Below, in pieces: positions 17,658 to 26,218 of a stretch of 52,753 bases of DNA. This DNA is from a virus (taxonomy: Duplodnaviria; Caudoviricetes). The notes beneath the pieces were generated by a model, which worked only from the letters and a program-made list of their open reading frames with translations, was not told the origin of the DNA and ran no database searches. The DNA lies in IMG/VR virus record IMGVR_UViG_3300028920_000086, positions 1 through 52,753 of that record; one strand, 5' to 3'. Within the stretch, counting starts at the first letter, position 1. Each line of letters starts with the position of its first letter. Made by a program: the position numbers and the translations under genes.

Positions 17658-18413
17658 TTATCTCCCTGTATAAATAATTTTTAAATTTAATCCCATATTT
17701 TCAGATATTTCAATCATATGTTTGCTTCCCTTACTTATTCCATCCCAAAAAACTACACACGCATCGGCTTCCTCTGCCATTTGAACATTTCTTTTATATC
17801 CAGCAGATTTACCGATTATATTCCATAATGCGGGCATCGCCACTATTTCCAAATTATTTTCCATAGCATATTGTTCGCCCAGTGAATCTGCTCCCAATGC
17901 ACAACCGTGTATAATTATAATTTTATGAGTTATTTTTTTATTTTGAAATAAAAAATCTAATTGCTCTTTTAATAAATTATAATCATTAAATGTTCTGCTT
18001 CCTGCTATAATTACTTTAAAAATAGGTAATTCATCTTTTTTTAATTCATAAAAATGAAAACCAAAGAAATTTGATAAATGTGCTGCAGCCCAGTGTCTAT
18101 GACAAAAGGTTTTATTATTATAAATATTTTTTTCTAAAGATAAATTATGATTATACCCCTCATAGCATAATAAAATTTTTCCATTTAAAATATCAACATC
18201 ATTAAAGTTTTTAGTAGCAATATATTTACAATAATCTAATATATATTGATCAATATCTCCTGTTTGTTTATATTGACTATAAATTTCCCAAGTGGGAGCT
18301 AATTTTTTATATTCTTTGCCCTTAAAAAAATCTGGTGATTTTCCTGCTATTCCTACGGCATCTGGATGATTACCATGTTTATTAAAATTAGAAGTATATA
18401 TTTTTTTTCTCAT
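17658..18413 (-). CDS. DUF488-like N-terminal domain fused to SLOG (DUF2493-like) domain
   Basis: IYTS..LAPT..LLCYE..FCHRH; then KVIIAGSR..HGCALGAD..AGYKRN..FWDGISKGSKHMI. Confidence 0.75.
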   Translation of the reverse strand: MRKKIYTSNFNKHGNHPDAVGIAGKSPDFFKGKEYKKLAPTWEIYSQYKQTGDIDQYILDYCKYIATKNFNDVDILNGKILLCYEGYNHNLSLEKNIYNNKTFCHRHWAAAHLSNFFGFHFYELKKDELPIFKVIIAGSRTFNDYNLLKEQLDFLFQNKKITHKIIIIHGCALGADSLGEQYAMENNLEIVAMPALWNIIGKSAGYKRNVQMAEEADACVVFWDGISKGSKHMIEISENMGLNLKIIYTGR

Positions 18414-18844
18414 TTATAATATAAATCCATTTCGCAATTACATTTCTTCACAATTTCTTTTAAATACTCAGATGTGTTTTTTGGTAATTTATCAAATTTA
18501 AACCACTTAATTTCACTATGTTTATCTGGTTCTTTATTAATAGGTTTTTCATTAGTTGTTATTAAACAAAAAAATGCAGGAGACACATAATGAAATTCAT
18601 CTGTTATATGATTAATAGAACCAATTTCGTTAATAATTGTTACAGTAATTCCAATTTCCTCTAAACATTCTCTTATAACGGTTTTTTCTAATGTTTCACC
18701 ATATTCAACATGACCACCGGGAACCGACCATGTATTAGGTTCATTAGTACATTTATCTGTCCTTTTTAAAAGTAAGATTTCTCCTTTTTGATTAAATATA
18801 CAGGCTCCCACTCCAACACCTATATAATCTTTTCCTACTTGCAT
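18410..18844 (-). CDS. Nudix hydrolase
   Basis: Nudix box GGHVEYGETLEKTVIRECLEEIG. Confidence 0.9.
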   Translation of the reverse strand: MQVGKDYIGVGVGACIFNQKGEILLLKRTDKCTNEPNTWSVPGGHVEYGETLEKTVIRECLEEIGITVTIINEIGSINHITDEFHYVSPAFFCLITTNEKPINKEPDKHSEIKWFKFDKLPKNTSEYLKEIVKKCNCEMDLYYK

Positions 18845-18882
18845 TGTTTAATTATTTCCCTTCTATAAATATTTTATATAGA

Positions 18883-18912
18883 AAGATGCTATATTATTAA
18901 ATATAGCATCTT
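18883..18912. terminator. hairpin terminator after the SPFH gene
   Basis: AAGATGCTATAT-6-ATATAGCATCTT. Confidence 0.65.
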
Positions 18913-18955
18913 ATAATTAATTTATTTTTTTATGACACCAACTGATAATTTAAAT

Positions 18956-19819
18956 CTATCTACCAACTTCTACTTTTTTTGTCTCTGTTTTTTCTGCTTC
19001 TTTTTTAATATTATTCACCATGTTCTTATCTAAATTTTCAAGATTTAACATAAAATTGCTTCCATCAGTTACGACGCTTGGTACTTGTGACCCACCAGCT
19101 TTCCATGCTTCAATCCATTTATTAGCTAGGTATTGATCTGTATATCCTCTACTTTGTTCTAACATTCTCTCCTTTTCGGCTTTTGCTTTTTCTACTAAAG
19201 CTAATTCAGTTTGTACCTCATTATCTACTCGCTGTTTATTTTGAATTTCAATGGCTTTCTTTTCTATCGCGTCCAAATAAGCTTTACTTGGTGAAAGCGT
19301 TTCAGCGTTAACCTTTATTATATTAAATCCTTGTTCTTTAAGTGTTGCAACAAGAGCATCTTTAATTTTTGTTGCGGCCTCTTCCCTTTTCTTGATAATT
19401 TCTTCGGCTGTATACTTACTAGTAGCTGATTTAATTGCCTCATTTAATCTAGGCATTAATAGTGTATTTACTGCATCTTCTGTTGTGCCAACTGTTTTTA
19501 CTAAGTCTGATGATTTAGTTTTATTAATATTATAATTTACTGAAATTTCACCAGTAATTGTTTGTAAATCTGAACTAGAAGTACTTACTTTTACTGTGGC
19601 TTTTTTAATTCTATTATCTACAACTATTACATCGCCAAAAATATCTTTTAAATGCCAACCTTCGGTTAATTCAGTGTCTTGCACTTTACCAAACACCTTA
19701 ATGACACCTGTGTGTCCCGTGTCTATGGTAGCTGTTGCCATACATAATCCAATGATTATAGTAAATAATACAACACATGCTACAACAATCGCAATTATCT
19801 TACCTTTTGATAGTTCCAT
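18956..19819 (-). CDS. SPFH/prohibitin (band 7) membrane protein
   Basis: N-terminal TM, GHTGV..FGKV..EGWH, SSDLQ, coiled coil; start moved to ATG 19819 (GGAGG SD). Confidence 0.9.
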   Translation of the reverse strand: MELSKGKIIAIVVACVVLFTIIIGLCMATATIDTGHTGVIKVFGKVQDTELTEGWHLKDIFGDVIVVDNRIKKATVKVSTSSSDLQTITGEISVNYNINKTKSSDLVKTVGTTEDAVNTLLMPRLNEAIKSATSKYTAEEIIKKREEAATKIKDALVATLKEQGFNIIKVNAETLSPSKAYLDAIEKKAIEIQNKQRVDNEVQTELALVEKAKAEKERMLEQSRGYTDQYLANKWIEAWKAGGSQVPSVVTDGSNFMLNLENLDKNMVNNIKKEAEKTETKKVEVGR

Positions 19820-19875
19820 ATAAATAATAACCTCCAAAAAATATTTTTAATAAATTTAACAATTTATTATAATTA

Positions 19876-19904
19876 ATTATAAATCTAAAATAATTTCTTG
19901 TCAA
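19876..19904 (-). promoter_or_regulatory. consensus sigmaA promoter
   Basis: TTGACA-17 nt-TATAAT. Confidence 0.8.
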
Positions 19905-19911
19905 GTATTAA

Positions 19912-20712
19912 TTATAAATTAATTCTTTCTTTAATAATATCGCAGTATTTAGAAGATATTTCACTACAAATAAAATTTCTATTATTTAATAAACACATTT
20001 TAGCCACTGTGCCACTGCCTGCCATTGGATCATAAACTAAATCTTCTTCGTTCGTCCAAGACAATATATGATCTTCTGCTAATTTTTCAGGAAAAATGGC
20101 AGGGTGATTAAATGCTATATTATCTTTAGAAGAATGTCCTCCACCAGTTTTATAATTCCAAATATTTCCTTTGATTTTTTCTTTTTTTACATATCTCGGT
20201 TTTAATTCTATACGTGATCTAATAGCAGAATTATCTCCTCGACTACCTTTAGTACTTTTAGGTCTATCTATCCTTGCTCCTCCATAAGATGTTGGTATCA
20301 TTATTGGATTAAAAACCCTTGGTTTTGTTTTACAAAATATAAACATATATTCAAACTCTTGTTCATATCTTTTATGTGTTAAGGGAGGTTTTTTTGAAGA
20401 ATAAATCATAGTATCATATAACTTAAATCCTATTTCTTTAAAAAATAAAGCTTGTCTAAAACTACTCCCTGTTTCACTACCATTTATGGTAGAATCTCCT
20501 ACAACCCAAACTATAATACCATCTTTTTTAATTATAATAGATAGGGCATTTGCTATTTTCTTAAATAAATCAAACGACCATTCAACTTCTCCTGTATATT
20601 TACGTAATTTATCATAAGGCGGTGATGTTATTACTAAATCTATAAATTCGTTTTTCATTTTTTTCATAGTATCTAAACAGTTTTCATTATATATAGTATT
20701 ATGTTTAATCAT
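19912..20712 (-). CDS. orphan N4-cytosine/N6-adenine DNA methyltransferase, beta class
   Basis: TSPPY precedes HPAIFP and DPMAGSGT. Confidence 0.9.
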   Translation of the reverse strand: MIKHNTIYNENCLDTMKKMKNEFIDLVITSPPYDKLRKYTGEVEWSFDLFKKIANALSIIIKKDGIIVWVVGDSTINGSETGSSFRQALFFKEIGFKLYDTMIYSSKKPPLTHKRYEQEFEYMFIFCKTKPRVFNPIMIPTSYGGARIDRPKSTKGSRGDNSAIRSRIELKPRYVKKEKIKGNIWNYKTGGGHSSKDNIAFNHPAIFPEKLAEDHILSWTNEEDLVYDPMAGSGTVAKMCLLNNRNFICSEISSKYCDIIKERINL

Positions 20713-20740
20713 TTTTTTCTCCAGCTTCTAAATCTTCTCT

Positions 20741-20819
20741 TTATTTTTTTAGTCTTATTGCTCCACAGTTTGGACAATTTAAAAATTTATAATATTTTAA
20801 ATACTTAAAATTTTTTATT
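20741..20819 (-). pseudogene. start-less gene remnant ending in a CPNCG Zn knuckle
   Basis: ...KFLNCPNCGAIRLKK* with no start codon. Confidence 0.3.
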
Positions 20820-21467
20820 TATTATCTTTTTTCGAGTTTCTTTTATTTTTTTATTTCTGTTTTTTTCTTCTAATGTTTCATTTCGCCATGAAGATATATA
20901 TTTTTTAGTAGGGATTTTTATTTTTTTATTTTTTATACAATATATTAATTTTTTATTAGTAGTGATTCTTTTACTTTTGGCTTTTAATCCTTTATGAGTT
21001 TTTGTTGAACCGGCAGTCTCTCCTAAAAAAATCCAATTATCAGCCTTATATAAAGTACCCTTGCGCCAATCTTCTTCAACTACAAATGTTTCAAAACCTA
21101 TAACATCAACATCATATAAATCATACCATATTTTAGACGCAATATTTCTAAATTTAGATAAAACACAAGTAGCTAAATTAGGAACCTTTTCTTCTAACCT
21201 AAAAACAGTATTATTAATAATAGAAGGTAAATATATTTTTTCTTTAGTTATTTTATCTTGTGGAATATTAAAAAATATATCTCTGGCTTTAACCGCATAT
21301 ACAGCACTTGCTCCTGATATAATACCTACAATTTTTTCTTCATACCAAATAAGAAAATGAAGTTGCTGTCCATGTGTACCCCTATTTTCAACATAATGTC
21401 TATTTCTTATTAATTGATATCTTTCATCAGTTCTTAATACAAATTCTAAATTTATTTTATTTTTCAT
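20805..21467 (-). CDS. DUF4338 (DruA-like, Mom-related) protein
   Basis: HY, ARD, NNTVFRL, PNLAT, ETFV, GTLYKADNW..GET.G. Confidence 0.75.
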   Translation of the reverse strand: MKNKINLEFVLRTDERYQLIRNRHYVENRGTHGQQLHFLIWYEEKIVGIISGASAVYAVKARDIFFNIPQDKITKEKIYLPSIINNTVFRLEEKVPNLATCVLSKFRNIASKIWYDLYDVDVIGFETFVVEEDWRKGTLYKADNWIFLGETAGSTKTHKGLKAKSKRITTNKKLIYCIKNKKIKIPTKKYISSWRNETLEEKNRNKKIKETRKKIINKKF

Positions 21468-21472
21468 ATTTT

Positions 21473-21904
21473 TTATTCATTAGATATAATTTTTTTATCT
21501 TTTATTAATTCAATAGTATTTTTATAAATTTTTAATAATAATTCAAGAGTTTCATATATTGGGCTACTTTGACCACAGAAATAACTTAAACAATATCCTA
21601 TATCATTTATTTGACTTATTATAGCATAACCAAGATTTACATGTTTTACCAATGAACCTAGTTTAAAGTTATTTATGTCTTGTTGTTCAATATATTCTTC
21701 CATGTTATTAGCAACAAATATATATTCATCATTATCTAATACCACTCTCATACTACCATCAAAATAAATAGCCCAAAGCGTATCTTTAGTATCAGATTTC
21801 TTTTTTGCTATTATTGCTTTTTGTTTTGTTACAGCTCCTTTAACCACATTTCCTATTTTAAATACTGGTTTTATATTTTCTATTGCAATATTTTCTACTT
21901 TCAT
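21473..21904 (-). CDS. hypothetical protein, two KOW/SH3-like repeats
   Basis: FKIGNVVK and FKLGSLVKH. Confidence 0.65.
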   Translation of the reverse strand: MKVENIAIENIKPVFKIGNVVKGAVTKQKAIIAKKKSDTKDTLWAIYFDGSMRVVLDNDEYIFVANNMEEYIEQQDINNFKLGSLVKHVNLGYAIISQINDIGYCLSYFCGQSSPIYETLELLLKIYKNTIELIKDKKIISNE

Positions 21905-21933
21905 ATTTCCTCTATTTTTTTATAAATTTTAAT

Positions 21934-24225
21934 TTATTTTAAAAATTCCTGTAAAAAAGTTTGTTTAATTGAAGTATCAGTATTATTAATAGCGTGTCTT
22001 AAAGCTCTATTTTCTACTATTAAAATACATTTTTTAGCTGCTCTTGTAATACCAGTATAAACTAATTCTCTTTGAAGTAGAGTATATGCAGACATATCTA
22101 AAGCAAATATAATTGTATGATATTGAGACCCCTGAGAAGAGTGTGTTGTTACTGCATATCCTAAATGAATATTTAATAAAAAATCATAAGGAACAATAAC
22201 AGTATCTATATATTGAAAATCTATTATAACACCTTCATTAGAAAATTCTTTTATAATACCTACATTTCCATTAAAAATAGGACACATATTTTTATCAATA
22301 TTCATAGTTTTATAATTGTTTTTTCTATTAATAACTTTATCACCAATTCGAAATGTGGTTCCATTTTTTATAATTCGTTCTTCTTTATTTCCTTCATGTG
22401 GATTATATATTTCTTGTAATTTTTCATTTAATTTACTAACAGCAATGTCTCCTCTTTCTTTTAAAGGTACAATTATTTGTAATTCTAAAATATTATCTAT
22501 AATTTTTAAATTATTTTTAAATTCTTCAACAATAATATTAAATAATTCTCCTTTATTTGGAATAAAAATATGTAAATCTTTTAATTCTCCCCTGATTTCT
22601 TTTGTATTATTTGCTAATGGTGATAAAATCTGTTTACCTTTACTAATTTTTAATGATTCAGTAATAATGGCAGATTTTTTCGCCTGTCTATGAATTTTAG
22701 TTAAAGTTATAATTTTTATATAATTTGATTTAAATATATCATATGCAATATTACATAATCCAAATGAAGGTAATTGCTTTAAATCTCCAACTACAATTAA
22801 TTTTGCACTATTTTTAATAGCTTGAATAAGAGCATAAAATAATTGTCCATCTACCATAGAAATTTCATCTACAATTATAATATCATGTGGTAATTGATAA
22901 TGAGAATTAAAATCAAAATCATATCCCTTTGCACCCAATAATCTATGAATGGTAGAACCATTACCACCTGTCAATTCTGCGATTTTTGCGGCTGCCTTAC
23001 CACTTAAAGCACAAATGGCAACTGAATAATGTGAAGGAATCCAGTTTTCTTCATTATAATATTCTGTATTATTACTATATATGCCTTTTATACAGGACAT
23101 GAAACCAGCTATAACACTACTCTTCCCAGTTCCTGCGCTTCCATTAAGCATTACTACCTGATTTTCCAACATATTTTTTATCGCATTTTTCTGTTCTTCT
23201 GTATATTCCCATCCTTGATCTTTTTCTTTTGCTTCTAAAGATTTTTCCCAATTAATATTATTTATATTATTTTTTGATTGCATTAATCTTTTTAATTCAT
23301 TAGCAATATTATTTTCTAAATCATATAATTTTTGTAATCCAATTCTCTTATCATCTCTCCATATTATTTCTTCTTTTTCTAGTTCTTTTATAATATTACC
23401 TAAAACATTAAAATCAATTTCATAATCATCGGTTTCGATAAAGTCTTCTAAAGCACCCATTAAATGCATTTTTTCTATCCAACTATTTCCACTATTTCCA
23501 CATTTATTTAAATAATATTTAATAAACTCAGTTATTCTAATAGGAGAATTGAAAGGGAGTCCTGCTTCTAAAGCAATTTTATCTGCAGTTTTAAATCCAA
23601 TTCCATTAACTTCATCAATTAATATATATGGATTTTCTTTAATTTTTTTTATAATAATATCAGAGGATTTATATTTTTCAATTAATTTTTTTATCATTAC
23701 AAAACTTAAATTATATTCTGGCAAAGATAGCATTATTTGTGCATGTAATATATTTTTCTGATATTTATTTATAATCAAGTCAGCTCTATAAGTACCAATA
23801 CCATGACAACTCATGAGTTTTTCTATATTACCCTCTTGAATATATTTAAATGGATTTTCATAGGTTTCATATAAAGCTTTAATTTGACTTTCATTTAAGA
23901 CTTCGCTTAAAAACTTTTTTTGAATCTCTATATTGTCAATATCAATTGGTAAATAAGCATATAAAATTTGATATTGTAATCCATATTTAGGATGAATTGT
24001 CGGTTTAGCTTGAAATTCATATTCTTTGGTAAATTCTAAATGAGTATTACCAGTAATCAATACTTCTTGATTATTGCCCAAAAAACCACTGTCTCCTTCA
24101 AGTATTTTCTCCACATAAACACCAGCAATAATATAAGTATCTTTATTATATCTTACATGAGATAATCTTCCTAAAAATTTGACCTTTTCAGGAAGATTAT
24201 TTATAAATTCTTCTGTATATTTCAT
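21934..24225 (-). CDS. recD2: RecD2-like SF1B helicase
   Basis: HPKYGLQY, HhH, GSAGTGKS, DEISM, GDLKQL, HSSQGSQY, YTGITRA. Confidence 0.9.
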   Translation of the reverse strand: MKYTEEFINNLPEKVKFLGRLSHVRYNKDTYIIAGVYVEKILEGDSGFLGNNQEVLITGNTHLEFTKEYEFQAKPTIHPKYGLQYQILYAYLPIDIDNIEIQKKFLSEVLNESQIKALYETYENPFKYIQEGNIEKLMSCHGIGTYRADLIINKYQKNILHAQIMLSLPEYNLSFVMIKKLIEKYKSSDIIIKKIKENPYILIDEVNGIGFKTADKIALEAGLPFNSPIRITEFIKYYLNKCGNSGNSWIEKMHLMGALEDFIETDDYEIDFNVLGNIIKELEKEEIIWRDDKRIGLQKLYDLENNIANELKRLMQSKNNINNINWEKSLEAKEKDQGWEYTEEQKNAIKNMLENQVVMLNGSAGTGKSSVIAGFMSCIKGIYSNNTEYYNEENWIPSHYSVAICALSGKAAAKIAELTGGNGSTIHRLLGAKGYDFDFNSHYQLPHDIIIVDEISMVDGQLFYALIQAIKNSAKLIVVGDLKQLPSFGLCNIAYDIFKSNYIKIITLTKIHRQAKKSAIITESLKISKGKQILSPLANNTKEIRGELKDLHIFIPNKGELFNIIVEEFKNNLKIIDNILELQIIVPLKERGDIAVSKLNEKLQEIYNPHEGNKEERIIKNGTTFRIGDKVINRKNNYKTMNIDKNMCPIFNGNVGIIKEFSNEGVIIDFQYIDTVIVPYDFLLNIHLGYAVTTHSSQGSQYHTIIFALDMSAYTLLQRELVYTGITRAAKKCILIVENRALRHAINNTDTSIKQTFLQEFLK

Positions 24226-24237
24226 TTTATTTCCTTT

Positions 24238-24867
24238 TTATTTTATTTGGTTTTTCCAGTCATCTTCTATTGACCCCTGTTCAGCTAAAGATTTAGTTAC
24301 AGTAGAAAAAGTTGTATAAACACTTTTTACACCCCTAGAATTATGAGTATAATTAACAGCCCTATTATTATCAATGCCTATATCATCCGCGTTTTCCTCT
24401 GCATTAATATTGGCAGCTGTAAATAAAAATTCCCAATTATATTTTTCAGTTTGATGTCTTATTCTTTCTTTAACCATTATTTTTGTATATTCTTTACTGG
24501 CATTTTCTATGCCATCTGTTGTTATAGTAAAAATTACTTTAGATGGTCTATCTTTTTCTTCTGTTTTATATAAAGCTTCACCAATTCGATCTATACTACT
24601 GCCTACAGCATCATATAGAGCCGTATATCCCCAAAGTGCGTTATATTGTTTTACAACTTTTTGAATATTTATTTCTTTAATATTTTCTCTATTAATAATA
24701 ATTTTTGATTTACTATTAAAAAATATAATTGAAAGAATTACCTCTTTTTCTAATAATTTTAAATCACATAAATAGCTTGTTAACCCATCAATTGTTTCTG
24801 AGGTTAAATGTTGCATACTAGGACTGGCATCTACTATTAAACAGATTTCAATTTTATTTTGATTCAT
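24238..24867 (-). CDS. vWA domain protein
   Basis: MIDAS DASPSM, TALYDA, TDGIENAS. Confidence 0.85.
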   Translation of the reverse strand: MNQNKIEICLIVDASPSMQHLTSETIDGLTSYLCDLKLLEKEVILSIIFFNSKSKIIINRENIKEINIQKVVKQYNALWGYTALYDAVGSSIDRIGEALYKTEEKDRPSKVIFTITTDGIENASKEYTKIMVKERIRHQTEKYNWEFLFTAANINAEENADDIGIDNNRAVNYTHNSRGVKSVYTTFSTVTKSLAEQGSIEDDWKNQIK

Positions 24868-24904
24868 ATTGTTCTCCTTTAATTTTATAATATTATTATT
24901 TTAA

Positions 24905-25222
24905 TTATTCTAATATAATGACTTCTAATAATTTATCTGAATTTTCACTTGATTTCAAATTATATTTTTTTAATTCTTCTGTTAAAATATTTAAAAAACT
25001 ATCTTTATCGTCAGCGGTTTTAAAATCAACTAATATCCAAGTTTTACGTGTTCCAATGTCAAATTTTTTCTTCTCTGTATCGTAAAATGATTTACCTGAA
25101 CACTGCTCAAAAAATTTATATTTATTACTGGCGAAATAACTAAGTTTGTGTACATCTCCATTTGTTTGTAAAATAATTTGTGTATCTGATAATTTAATAT
25201 ATTTTATTTGTAATTTATTCAT
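24905..25222 (-). CDS. hypothetical protein
   Basis: 105 aa, follows promoter at 25252. Confidence 0.7.
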   Translation of the reverse strand: MNKLQIKYIKLSDTQIILQTNGDVHKLSYFASNKYKFFEQCSGKSFYDTEKKKFDIGTRKTWILVDFKTADDKDSFLNILTEELKKYNLKSSENSDKLLEVIILE

Positions 25223-25251
25223 ATATTTCCCCTTATTTAAATAATAATTTT

Positions 25252-25280
25252 ATTATATATTAAATTATTTAATCTGTCAA
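25252..25280 (-). promoter_or_regulatory. consensus sigmaA promoter
   Basis: TTGACA-17 nt-TATAAT. Confidence 0.8.
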
Positions 25281-25292
25281 TAGTTTATAAAA

Positions 25293-25538
25293 TTATTCTA
25301 AAGATTCTTTTAGTAAATCTTCATGTTCTTTATTTATATATTTAGAAATTTTTTGATATCCTTCTATATTAATAGATTTAGAAAATCCTCTAAATTTAAC
25401 CCGTGTTGGATATACATCAATTATTTTATCCTTATCAATTGTTAATACGATTGACCAACCAAAAGTATGCAAAATAGAATTAATAAGCCATATTAATCCT
25501 GTACTTCTAAATTCTTCCCATGTTTTTCGTTTTACCAT
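25293..25538 (-). CDS. hypothetical phage protein
   Basis: 81 aa, AAAGGA SD. Confidence 0.7.
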   Translation of the reverse strand: MVKRKTWEEFRSTGLIWLINSILHTFGWSIVLTIDKDKIIDVYPTRVKFRGFSKSINIEGYQKISKYINKEHEDLLKESLE

Positions 25539-25550
25539 TTATTTTCCTTT

Positions 25551-26216
25551 CTATTCATAAAAATATTCTTTAGTTATTTTATTATAAATTTTTATTTTTT
25601 GTTTTTCTCCTAAAATATATGTTTTATTTTCTGATTTAGGATAGGATAAAATAGGATATTTTAATTTAGTTAAATATTCTTTTTTTATTTTTTTATTTGC
25701 ACAAAAATAAACATATCTATATTTTGAATATCTAATTTTCCTTAAATGTTTATATTCTTCTGTATAATGTCTAGAATGTTTATTATTTGGCATATATTTA
25801 TCTGTTCTTTCTTTTGTTTTTCCAGTATATAAAAAATTAGTAGCTTGATAAATATAACCATTATGATTCATCCCACTATCAGCATAACTCACTAATATAA
25901 TATTTTCTTTTTTCATTTGTTTTAATACACTACCTACAAAATAACTTAAAATATTATCAATAAAGTTTCCTTGAATTAAAATCAATCTATTTAATTCATA
26001 AACTTTTGATTTATATTCACGGCCACAAATTCCTTCACAGAGAGAATTAGATGCTGGTTTGCCCACGGTTAACCCGCCTATTAATTTATTTTTATAAAAT
26101 AATCCAAAAGCAAAAGTTATACTTGGTAATCTTTGAGCATAATGATAATTTAAAATCATATTATGAAGCTCTTTAGAATTTACTCTTTTAATAACATAGT
26201 CCTTATAACTATTCAT
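25551..26216 (-). CDS. Mom-family adenine modification enzyme
   Basis: HY, GKPAS, YELNRL, SYAD..HNGYIYQATNFLYTG, K.RYVYF. Confidence 0.8.
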   Translation of the reverse strand: MNSYKDYVIKRVNSKELHNMILNYHYAQRLPSITFAFGLFYKNKLIGGLTVGKPASNSLCEGICGREYKSKVYELNRLILIQGNFIDNILSYFVGSVLKQMKKENIILVSYADSGMNHNGYIYQATNFLYTGKTKERTDKYMPNNKHSRHYTEEYKHLRKIRYSKYRYVYFCANKKIKKEYLTKLKYPILSYPKSENKTYILGEKQKIKIYNKITKEYFYE

Positions 26217-26218
26217 AA

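Noticed and set aside
19912-20712. Restriction-modification system
   Set aside because: No adjacent endonuclease recognisable; treated as an orphan methyltransferase.
20805-21467. Druantia defence system
   Set aside because: Only a short DUF4338-like gene; no DruE helicase or other dru genes.
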